Shown here piece after piece: positions 33,179 through 42,288 of a stretch of DNA of 64,000 bases; within the stretch, counting starts at the first letter, position 1; every line of letters starts with the position of its first letter. A model generated the notes under the pieces. That model saw nothing but the letters and a program-made list of their open reading frames with translations, had not been told where the DNA came from and did no database searches. A program made the position numbers and the translations under genes. This DNA is from Hyaloraphidium curvatum SAG 235-1. Taxonomy: Eukaryota; Fungi; Monoblepharomycota. The stretch covers positions 186,001 through 250,000 of the forward strand of contig JAIVFI010000020.1 in NCBI GenBank assembly GCA_025558095.1, written 5' to 3'.

Positions 33179-33683
33179 ACCCACGGCGCGCCGGGTGCCA
33201 ACGCCAGCGGCACCCGCAGTGCCAGCGGCGTCCGGCCCCGGTGCGAACACCGGCCGGCGCCAGCGGCGTGCAGCGGCTCCGGAAGCCGCGGGCCCGCCCA
33301 CCCCGCGTGGGGCGGGCGTCAGGGCACCGCGTGCGTCCTCCCCGCTCTCGGATCCCCGGGCGGACCCGGGCCGCCCCGCCCGGCGCCGCCTTGCGGCAGC
33401 AGCGGGCAGGCCGGGGGCCCGGAGATCCACGCCGGCTGCCACCGGCCCTGCGCGCCGCTTGATGGGGGCCGGTGCGGAGGGAGGCGGCCGGGCGGTTCGT
33501 CGGGACTGTGATTGTTCGTGCGGCGAGCGGGGCCAATTTGTAGGCCGCGGGCTTCTCCCGCGGACACGTGGCGTTCGGCGTCAGCCCGACACACGTGGCG
33601 CTGCCGAGGACATGGTGATCTCCTCCGCCGGTATATGCGCCGGTGTCAACAGAGGGTGCCGTCCCACGCAAGCCCATCGCGAA

Positions 33684-35228
33684 TCAAGCCCTGAGCCGCT
33701 TGGGCGAGTTCCCACCCTCGCTGCTCCCCTCCCTCTCATGCTTCCTCCCCCCGCCTTCCTCCATGTCCGTGTCCGACCCCTCATCCTCACCCTCCGAATC
33801 CGCAAACACCACGTGCCTCGCCCCCTCCTCGGCCTCGCCGTCGCTCCCCTCCTCCGGGTCCGAGAACCTCACGTGCCGCCCCCTCGCCTCCCGCCCCTCG
33901 ACCTCGCCCAGCCCCTCCCGCGGCGCCGCGGCGCCCTTCCGCACGCGCGCCTTCTTCTGCTCCGCGATCCTTTCCCAGTACCCTCCCTCCTCGTCCCCCT
34001 TCAGCAGCCGCAGGCGCAGCCTCGCGCGCGGCCCCTCGGGCGCCTCGCGGCCGAAGATGGTCATCCGGCCCTCGGCAGGGGGTGCGTGCTTCCCGCGATC
34101 GCCGAGCATCGCCCGGCCCCCTGCGTCGGCGGCATCGTGCGGCTGCAGGCTGCCCGTCGAGTCGTCCGCGGCCGCCTGCACCACCCTCGTCCCGGCGAAA
34201 TAGCGCACCGCGGCCTCCGCGTCCCGCGCGGATTTGAACCGCACCCAGCCGGTGCCGTCGCCCTCCCCGGGCGCCGGGGGCGCAAAGTCGACGTACGCCA
34301 CGGGCGCGACGCTGCCCAACAGAGCCTTGAGCACCTTCCTCGTGGTGGCGGGGTGCGCGCCCGAGAACGCGGCGACGGTGCCGGGGGCGAACGAGGCGGT
34401 GTGGGTGTGCCGGCGGCGGGCCATCTCCTCGCGGAGGATGAGGTGCGAGGCGGCGAGGTGCTGCTTGTACTGCAGGGTGAGGGACTGGTGCTCCGCGAAC
34501 GGGAGGGCGCGGGCATGCCTGAGCCGCGGGTCGGCGGAGAGGGCGCCGGGGAGACAGCATGCCGCCGCCGAGGAGGGGTCGCCGAAGACGACGAAGCAGT
34601 AGGCCGGCCTCTTTGCTTTCCGCTTCCTGGCCTGCTTGGAGATGGCCAGGTCCGGGTACCGTCCGGCCACCCCGGGCCCGAGCTTCTCGTTCCACGGGCT
34701 CAGGACGTGCGGCTCGAGCACCCGCTCAACGGGGCCGAAGAGTGAGGCGAAGAGGTCGGCGGGTGCGGCGTCGGGGGGCAGCCCCTCGACGTACACCGCG
34801 CGGTCTGCAAAGTGCGGGTCGGCGAAGAGGGCGAAGGGGCGTGCGCGGCGCACGCGCTTGCCGTCCTCCGAGACCACCAGGTCGGGCGAGCGGTGCGCGA
34901 CGGCGTGTGCGACGACGGCGTCGTCAGCGGTCAGGTCCTTGACGCGCGCGTACGTGGCGGTGAATGCGGCCAGCGGCAGCCAGCCCTCGCCGCGCGGGTC
35001 GTCGGCCATCCTGTCGCGCAGCCAGTCGTCGAACGCGAGCGCGTCGTCCGACAGGAACGCGGAAAGGCGCGCCGCGACGAGCGCGTCCAGCTGCCGCCAG
35101 GCGGGCTCCGCAGCAGCGGCACTGTCGGACGGGGCATCGCGGCGCGGCCGCTTCGGCCCCCGGGCGCCCTCGTCCGCAGACGCGTCGGACCCGCCTTCGG
35201 GCGACCCGGTGGCGCGTTCGCGCTTCAT
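33684..35228 (-). CDS. LARP7: La-related protein, LARP7 type (La motif + RRM1 + C-terminal xRRM)
   Basis: La motif FLSDDALAFDDWL...EGWLPLAAF...RVKDLT...VSEDGKRVRR. RRM RAVYVEGLP...YCFVVF. xRRM VAYVDF...GWVRF...LLKGDEEGGYWERI. Confidence 0.78.
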   Translation of the reverse strand: MKRERATGSPEGGSDASADEGARGPKRPRRDAPSDSAAAAEPAWRQLDALVAARLSAFLSDDALAFDDWLRDRMADDPRGEGWLPLAAFTATYARVKDLTADDAVVAHAVAHRSPDLVVSEDGKRVRRARPFALFADPHFADRAVYVEGLPPDAAPADLFASLFGPVERVLEPHVLSPWNEKLGPGVAGRYPDLAISKQARKRKAKRPAYCFVVFGDPSSAAACCLPGALSADPRLRHARALPFAEHQSLTLQYKQHLAASHLILREEMARRRHTHTASFAPGTVAAFSGAHPATTRKVLKALLGSVAPVAYVDFAPPAPGEGDGTGWVRFKSARDAEAAVRYFAGTRVVQAAADDSTGSLQPHDAADAGGRAMLGDRGKHAPPAEGRMTIFGREAPEGPRARLRLRLLKGDEEGGYWERIAEQKKARVRKGAAAPREGLGEVEGREARGRHVRFSDPEEGSDGEAEEGARHVVFADSEGEDEGSDTDMEEGGGRKHEREGSSEGGNSPKRLRA

Positions 35229-35343
35229 CGGTACGCGACGCGTTGGCGGTGGCGGTGATCGGCGCCACGCGCTCCTCCAACTGTCCCCCATCGCTTCCCT
35301 CAACGAATCGCCGTCAAAGTACCGTCATCCGGAGCAACCGAAA

Positions 35344-36549
35344 ATGGCACCCAGCGCCGAATCCAACCTCGTCAAGCCGCCGGCGCCCGTCGTCCACACG
35401 CCCGAAAACACGCCCGGCAAAAGCATCCAGCTCCCCATCCCCACATCCTCGCTGCGCATCGTCTCGGCCTCGTATTTCGAGGGACCCACCGGGATGACGG
35501 TGTTCCTGTTCCCCAGCGGCAAGGCGACGGGCGTGCTGGACATTCGCGGGGGCAGCCCCGGCCATTTGTTCCCCAAGGACGGCCCGCTCGACGCCGTCGT
35601 GTTGTCGGGCGGATCGGTGCCCGGGCTGCAGTCGGGAACCGGGGTGGCGGATGCCATATGGCAGTCGAGGAACTTTGACACCTCGTGGGGCGGGATCCCC
35701 CTGGTCCGCGGGGCGATCATCTTCGACTACACCGCGAGGAAGAATTCCTACTTCGTGGGTTGACGCCTTTTCCGGCCGTACAGGAGGCGCACTTACTGTC
35801 CCCTGAAGCCCGACGCGATCCTCGGCCGCCTCGCCGGCGCCGCCGCCCTCTCCCTCCCCGCCTCCCCCTCCAACATCTTCTTCCCCGGCCAGATCGGCGG
35901 CGGCTGCTCCGCCTCGGTCGGCAAATCCCTCGTCACCGACCCGCCAAAGATGGAATTCGCCTACGCCGAGCTGGCGGGGCAGGGCGCCGGGTTCCGGATG
36001 CTGGGCAGGAAGCCGCGGGCCGAGGAGGCCGCGGGGCCCGAGGAAGACGTCTGGGTGGCCGCGTTCGTGGTGTGCAACGCGGTGGGGCACATCGTGGATC
36101 GGTCGGGGCGGACCGTCAGAGGGCACGTGGACCCGGCCGTCGTCGCCGCGGGGGAGAAGATCACCCCCGACACCAAGCGGCTCAACGTCGAGGAGCTGAT
36201 CGAGCACCTCAAATCCGGCACCGCCCTCGAATACTCCCTCGAACCTCCCCCGGAACTCTCCCAGCCCGCCGCACACGAGCTCGGCCTGGCCCCCTCGACC
36301 ACCATCTCCCTCGTCGTCACCAACCTCGCGCTCCCGCAGCGCGAGCTCTCGGCGGTGGCCCGCCAGGTGCACGCGAGCATGGGACGGGCGATCCAGCCGC
36401 TCGCGAACCTGTACGACGGGGACCAGCTGTGGTGCGTCTCGACGAACGAGGTGGTGCCGAGCTATGCCAAAGGGACGGATTGGGGGAGCACGATCGTGGG
36501 GCTGTCGGCGGGGCAGGCAATGTGGGACGCGATACTGGGGTGCTACTAG
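35344..36549 (+). CDS. Peptidase S58/DmpA-family Ntn hydrolase, NylC (6-aminohexanoate-oligomer endohydrolase)-like, two exons
   Basis: EGPTGMTV, DIRGG, LSGGS, AIIFDY, SYF|PDAILG (intron 35755-35808), SASVGK, GQGAGF, CNAVGHIVDRSG, STTISLVVTN, RQVHASMGRAIQP, DGDQLW and MWDAIL. Confidence 0.85.
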
Positions 36550-36566
36550 AACCGCAAGGAGAGCGT

Positions 36567-37520
36567 TCATTCGCCGCCGTCGTCGTCGGCGGTGTCATAG
36601 ACGAGCAGAGCGTCCGCCGCCTCCTCGTCCCAACCGACCTCCCCATCCTCGGCCCCGACTTCCCTCCGGCTCCGCGACGTGACGACGAACGGCGGGCCCC
36701 ACGCCGGATCCAACCTCTCCGGCACCCCGTGGCCGTAGTCCGAGTGCCCGTTGCCGCATATCGCAAGCACCCTGCCGTCCGGCCAGGAACGGAGGGCAGA
36801 GTCGACGGCATACGCCATCGAGGCGTCCTTGGCGATCTGCGCGGGGAAGATGCGGCGCATCTCGCCCGTCACCGCGCTCCACTCCGCGGTCCCCGGTTTC
36901 GGCCTCCGGCTCATGCCCTTGATCATCCCCTCGAAGTGGGCGTAGTGAGCGTCGGTCCCCGGCTTCCCGAAGAAATAGCGGTCCAGATCGAACCCCGGCA
37001 GCTTTTCCTTCGCCACCCTGGCGAGCTCCGACGGGTCCGACATGGCCAGCCGCGCGTACTGCTTGGGCAGGAACCCCGCCTTTAGGCCGCACCCCAGCTC
37101 CCTCGCGAGCTGGAGCAGGAAACCGTAGTGCCCCGCCAGATCGAACGCTTCCCTCCCCGTCCGGTCGTAATCCTCCTGGAGCTGCTCGGGTCGGTACCCC
37201 GGATCGGCGATGAAACGGTCCAGCAAAGCCTGCTGCTCGAGGTTGACCATCTCAAGCACGAGGGTGACCTTCCCCGGCTCGCCCGCACCCAATGGGCCCG
37301 CCAGCCCGGCCAGGAGGGCCAGCTGCGCCTTCAGCACGTCCGGCTGGTGGTGCCGCTCCCCGAAAATGACCACTTTGTGCCGCGAGATCGCGGAAAGGGC
37401 GGAGAACAATGGAACGGGCCCCGGTTGCCCGCGCAGGCGGAACGACACGGAGGACGCGAGCTTGCAGACGGCGGGGAGGAGCGGTTTCATCGCCGGGCCG
37501 TCTTCCGCGGCGTCGGTCAT
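36567..37520 (-). CDS. ChaN/PhuW-like (haem-binding uptake, Tiki/EreA superfamily) protein, intronless
   Basis: VVIFGERHH, LVLEM, QQALLDRF, AQIAKDASMA and ICGNGHSDYGHGVPERL. Confidence 0.82.
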   Translation of the reverse strand: MTDAAEDGPAMKPLLPAVCKLASSVSFRLRGQPGPVPLFSALSAISRHKVVIFGERHHQPDVLKAQLALLAGLAGPLGAGEPGKVTLVLEMVNLEQQALLDRFIADPGYRPEQLQEDYDRTGREAFDLAGHYGFLLQLARELGCGLKAGFLPKQYARLAMSDPSELARVAKEKLPGFDLDRYFFGKPGTDAHYAHFEGMIKGMSRRPKPGTAEWSAVTGEMRRIFPAQIAKDASMAYAVDSALRSWPDGRVLAICGNGHSDYGHGVPERLDPAWGPPFVVTSRSRREVGAEDGEVGWDEEAADALLVYDTADDDGGE

Positions 37521-37783
37521 AGCCGATGCGGCGTGATGTCGGATCCGGCGGGGATGATGGATCGCCAGGCAAGGCGTAAACACGCGTCGACAGCCCATCG
37601 ACGCTCGCCGGTTCCGCGAACGTTCTGCGGGGGTTTCGTCACCGGGCCTGCCACGTTGAGCGTTCTCCAGCACCGATTCGCGGGGACCACGCGGGACCGC
37701 GCTCTCCTTTCCCCCCCGACGGGGTTCCACGGCGTCCCTGTCTCCCGCCCCCGCCCCAAGGGTTCAAACGCCCACTCCCCGGC

Positions 37784-37999
37784 ATGTCCTCCAACTCGAA
37801 CGCGTCGAACTACCTGCTACCCCTGCTGGCCATCGCCGCAGGCACGATGGTCGTGCTGTACCTCCTCTCCGGCTCCGGGACCGCCGAGATCGTCTGCCAG
37901 GAGCCGTCGACCAACGGGCGGTTCCCGGGGATCTGCGGGTACCCGCAGGATAACCACCCGTTCCGGCATATCTTCCAGCCGGGGCCGGCGCCACGGTAG
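37784..37999 (+). CDS. Candidate 71-aa single-pass membrane microprotein
   Basis: ATG-started ORF with host-like high GC3, one hydrophobic segment (YLLPLLAIAAGTMVVLYLL) and two Cys; fills the gap between two genes. Confidence 0.5.
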   Translation: MSSNSNASNYLLPLLAIAAGTMVVLYLLSGSGTAEIVCQEPSTNGRFPGICGYPQDNHPFRHIFQPGPAPR

Positions 38000-38099
38000 C
38001 TGGACGCGTGGAAGGCGGTTCGATGTGGCCGCAACTGGACATTCTCTGCTGCTGGGGTATCCCTCTCGCTTGCCATCCGATTCATGTACCGTGTACAGG

Positions 38100-38753
38100 C
38101 TACGAAGACGCGTCTCGAAGCACCCAGTTCGGGTCCAGACGAAGCTTCGTTTTAGTCCGTTCCGCCCACTGCTCCAGGACCTTGAGCGACACCACCTGCG
38201 AGGAGCCGCTGCTGTTGCCCGCCGAGAAAGACAGCGCAAACTCCGTCAGGTCGCCCACGAGCTTGTTGGCGACCCGGTACGCGAGATCCTGTGGGTTTCC
38301 CCCCGCCTGGCCCGCGCTCCCCGTGCCGGGCTTCGGTATCGACGCCACCAGGGCTTCGATCGTGGCCGCAGGCTCGACGCTCAGCCCCAAAGTTGCCTTG
38401 ACCGTCGGCCCCCCCACGGCCGGCGCCGCAAAATCGTCCGCCATCATGTCGCCCTCCCCCGCCCCCGCCCCCGCGCTCCCGGGGCTGATCCGGAAGATGG
38501 CCGAAGGCGACGCGTTGCTCAGCAGGTACGGCAACGGGCTGTACGTCGCCCCCCCGTCGAACGACGCGTGGATGGAAGAGGCGGCGCCTTCGGGGAGCGG
38601 CTGCGTGAGGAAGAGGGCGACCGCGGCGCCCTTTGGGGAGGGCACGTCGAAGGGGGCCGAGAGGAAGCGGATGGCCGTGGGGGTCTGCTCCACCTGCGCA
38701 AAGGGCGAGAGAACCGGCTGCCCGGCGACGATGAGTCCGAATACTGATGCCAT
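38100..38753 (-). CDS. OPI10: Hikeshi/Opi10 family (DUF775) Hsp70 nuclear import carrier
   Basis: MASVFGLIVAGQPV, VALFL, LSNASPSAIFRI, LGLSVEP and VLEQW...KLRLDPNW. Confidence 0.85.
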   Translation of the reverse strand: MASVFGLIVAGQPVLSPFAQVEQTPTAIRFLSAPFDVPSPKGAAVALFLTQPLPEGAASSIHASFDGGATYSPLPYLLSNASPSAIFRISPGSAGAGAGEGDMMADDFAAPAVGGPTVKATLGLSVEPAATIEALVASIPKPGTGSAGQAGGNPQDLAYRVANKLVGDLTEFALSFSAGNSSGSSQVVSLKVLEQWAERTKTKLRLDPNWVLRDASS

Positions 38754-38880
38754 TGGAGCCCGAAACGGGAAACGCTGAACGCCGAAGCTCCGGCCCGCTC
38801 TGAGATGTCAAACTGCGCGCCGGCGCGCAAACGCTCATCGCCCCAGAAACGCGCTTTTCGGGAGGAAACGTGGCCAACGG

Positions 38881-39666
38881 ATGCTGCCGATGATGCGGCC
38901 GAGAGGATTGGCGCGGCCTCTTGCGCGCCTGGACCTCATCTCGGATCATTGTCGAGCCCCGCGGGCGACACCCCGGATAGCGGCACCGCTCACTACGGCG
39001 GCGAAAGCACACGGGGGTTTGAGCCCGTCCGATCGGGCATTCTACAAGTAGGTTCACCGCTCATGGAACGTGGGACTGCTCGAGCTTCTTTGGAAGATTT
39101 TGGCTTGATATTCAGACGCGGTGGATGGATAACGACCAGTATGGCCACGTTAACAACGCGGTGTACTACTCCTACTTCGGCAAGTGCTGGTTGGGCACCG
39201 TCGTGCAATCTCTGTCTCATTCCGCCGCCCGAAGACACTGTGGTCAACGTGTACCTCATTCGGCACTGTGGACTGAATCCCACGGAACCGCCGGCCGATG
39301 ACGGAGCCATTGGCTTGGTCGTCTCCTCGAATTGCACCTACAAGGACAGCCTCGAGTACCCCGACGTTGCCGAGACCGGTCTCTCCGTCGGTCAGTCATT
39401 CTGTATTGAGCTGGGCGAGTGCTGGTCTGAATCTGCCTCACTCCGTGCAGTCAAGCTCGGAAACTCGTCTGTGACATACCAAATCGGCGTCTTCTCACGT
39501 GGGTTGGCGGCGGCGTCCGCACTTCGCGACTGACACATTCGCAGGGGCCAAGAGCATCTTCGCGGCGACGGGACAGTTCGTGCACGTCTTTGTCGATCCG
39601 AAAACGAGGCGGCCGACGCCGATCCCGGACGAACTTCGGAAAGGAATGAGCGCGCTGCTCGTCTAG
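38881..39666 (+). CDS. Acyl-CoA thioesterase (4HBT/YbgC hotdog fold), multi-exon, likely mitochondrial presequence
   Basis: [21 protein letters not shown]|[29 protein letters not shown] and [15 protein letters not shown]. Confidence 0.85.
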
Positions 39667-39803
39667 ATCAGGTAGAGCCCTGCGAACTGGTGGCCACGCC
39701 GCAACTGCCCCGAACGGCAGCGCGCAGTCTTGCGAGTCTTGTTTCATGGTTTAAAGAGTAGCATGACGTTTCTGACGTTTCTTGGTGCCGGTTTGTGTTA
39801 GAC

Positions 39804-40652
39804 ATGTTGCGCCCGATCGTCCGCGTCATCCTGCGCCGAATCTCCAACCGCCTCTACAAACAGGCGCTTCGAGAGCGGAGCGGTCTGAGCAACTCTACGC
39901 TTTGACGACGCGTTTTGAGAGCGTCTTCCCCGCGACGTCTATGGCGCTCGGCTGACTGTCGCGCGCTGCGTGTCGCGATTCGCACTTCATTGCTGGACGG
40001 CGGTTCCCAACGGAGCGCGCTCTTCCGAATCGCCATGTCGCACTCCGGGGCGCGAAAGTCGTTCGCGGAGCCACGCCGTCAGAGCCTGGGACCTTTTGCG
40101 GCCGAAGATCTCCGGCCCTTCCTTCCGAAGCCCGTTCGTCTGCGCCGGCGGAGTCGTCAACTACCCCGCCCCGATCTGGCCCAGAGCCCCTCAAGGCCGC
40201 ACGACACGGACGTGTCTTTGCATTCCGATGTCTCACCCTCCCGGGATCTCTCAAACGGCTGCGTCGAGGTTAGAGATCGAGGATCCCACGCTCTCGTTCC
40301 AGATGGAGGCGGAGAGCGAGATCGGCTGGCATCGACAACAACCCTTGTTCCTGGAGATGATCCGCAACGGACGGCGCCGAAGATCAGAATGGTAGCCGTG
40401 CGGGCGTCGGTCAGAAGCTCTCGTTCGGACGATCGTGGGCAACAGACCTCCGAGGGCAGCACACTACTCCAGACGCCAGCGTGGCTAGCTTGGAAGAAGA
40501 AGCTGGATAAGCGTCTGGAAGCAAAGCGCGGAGGCAGGCTCCCCTTGGGCGAGTCTCAACTTGCCACCAACGTTGCTCCGGACAGCAACGGGGGACCATT
40601 CCGAGCGACGAGGCAGGCACAAGCAAAGGACGAGAACACACGAAACCAGTGA
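39804..40652 (+). CDS. Hypothetical basic low-complexity protein
   Basis: Possible first exon MLRPIVRVILRRISNRLY followed by the 245-aa ORF; no recognisable motif. Confidence 0.3.
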
Positions 40653-40851
40653 CGTGAGTGTGCTGCCCTCTTGAAGCTCACCGAAGGCTTACGATCTTGC
40701 AGCGATATCCTGATAAAGAGAAGAAGAAGAACGCCGCCGATCGTTTATTGATCCGTCCCATACACACTGAAGCCATGTCGCAGAGTTATGCCAAAGTGTA
40801 GAGCAATCCCATACTCATGAATGTTGTGCGGAAAAGGCGCCCAACGTTGTC

Positions 40852-41929
40852 CTACTTGTCGGCGTCCGGGTGGACGGGGCTCCGATTTACGACCCCGGTG
40901 CTCAGGAACTCAGTTTTGCTCGACCACTCGACGTCCTCGATGTTGTAGAGGCTAGGTCGCTCTTTCGTCGGCGAAACCACGAGGGGCTTTTCCATAATGC
41001 TTGGGACCTCGATTGGCAAAGGGGGCGGTCGCACGGCAATCTTTGCCCTGCGCCTCGCGAAGAAGAAAACGGCCGCCAATCCCACGAGAACGGCAAGACT
41101 GGCGATTCCGGTTATGATCCACACGGCCAGTTGAGGTCCAGTAGCCTTGGCTGGCGGCGGCTCGTCGCAGAACCACCTGGGAGAAGCCAATCAGCGATTC
41201 TCTCCAATGTCTGGGGACTGTAGCAGCCCATACCAAGTAATCGGCACCCGGCCCTCATCGAGGTGGTAACCAAGTGATTCGAAGACTGGCATCGTAACGT
41301 CAATGTCCCCGCTTTGGCACTCGTTCGAAGGGCATCGGTCCTTGACCAGGCAAACTGACGTTTGTCCCGTCTTGGGGCTCTTCAGGCAAACGTTGCGGTA
41401 ACAGAGGGAATTGTTGTTCGGGTTCGTGCCCGGAGTGTGCGGGTCAAAGTCCCAGCCGGGCAGGGCGCAGTGGAACGCGGTGTCCTCGACGGGCTTACGT
41501 TGCAACGTGAGTAGGTCGTGGCTTGATCACTGTGCGCAAGCCTACCGTGCCACAAGCTCCGAGATTGCTCCGTCTTCGTAGAAGAGCCGATAGTTGAGGA
41601 GACGGGCGGGGTGAGGAAAACGAATGGCAAGAGCGAGAAGAAGTTGGCATGATGGAGGCACGAGTTTGCAGACCATTGAGCAACTGCCCTTCAACGGAGA
41701 GGGACCGAAGGGAAACCCACCCGTAGTAGTAGGTCATGTCGCCGAATTCGCGTGCCTTCAGGCCCGTCGCCGGCGCAGGATTCGCGGCCGGGCGGATCAG
41801 CGTCGCGAACCCGGCGCCGTCGGGATCTCGCGCGGGGGGGCTCCATCTCCGCCACGGCCACGCTTCCGCACGAGGAGCTGCTAAGAGAAAAGCGCAAAGG
41901 ACGAAAACCAGCCGCCTGCAGCTGGCCAT
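40852..41929 (-). CDS. RlpA-like double-psi beta-barrel (expansin/loosenin-like) protein with signal peptide and C-terminal TM helix, multi-exon
   Basis: Signal MASCRRLVFVLCAFLLAA. GDMTYY, GACG, NPNNNSLC, VKDRCPSNECQSGDIDVT, F..L....GRVPITW. TM WIITGIASLAVLVGLAAVFFF followed by RRR. Confidence 0.8.
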
Positions 41930-42288
41930 CGCAAGCGTGGGCAGAAGATTTGGAGGAGCAAACACGAGGGCGGCGTTCACCCAAACAGATGCGCCCCCTA
42001 CGACTGCCGTTGCGCCCAAATGAGCCACCACTCTCAAAGGTGACTGATTTCAAGAGAACCAAATGGATTCAAAAGAATACAGACCAGAAACCAACTGGAT
42101 CGCTGCAAATGGGCCTTATGGTGGAGCAACCTTCAAGATCTCTCTGTGCATGTACCGAGGCACTTGTCTCTGGATTCGCGAAACGGCATTCACTTTCTGC
42201 TATCTATTTTCCAATCTGAAGTTCGTAGATGAACGGACGTGCCCGCTGATGCCGTGGTTCAAGCTGAACTGAGCGCAAGCTGCGGGCG

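Noticed and set aside
32163-34745. 860-aa plus-strand ORF
   Set aside because: Arg/Pro/Ala-rich GC shadow overlapping NUDT1 out of frame and antisense to LARP7; no motifs.
42030-42288. AT-richer stretch left of the hAT as the lost 5' exon of the GGCT gene
   Set aside because: No ATG-initiated frame could be joined to the GGCT frame across the element ends.
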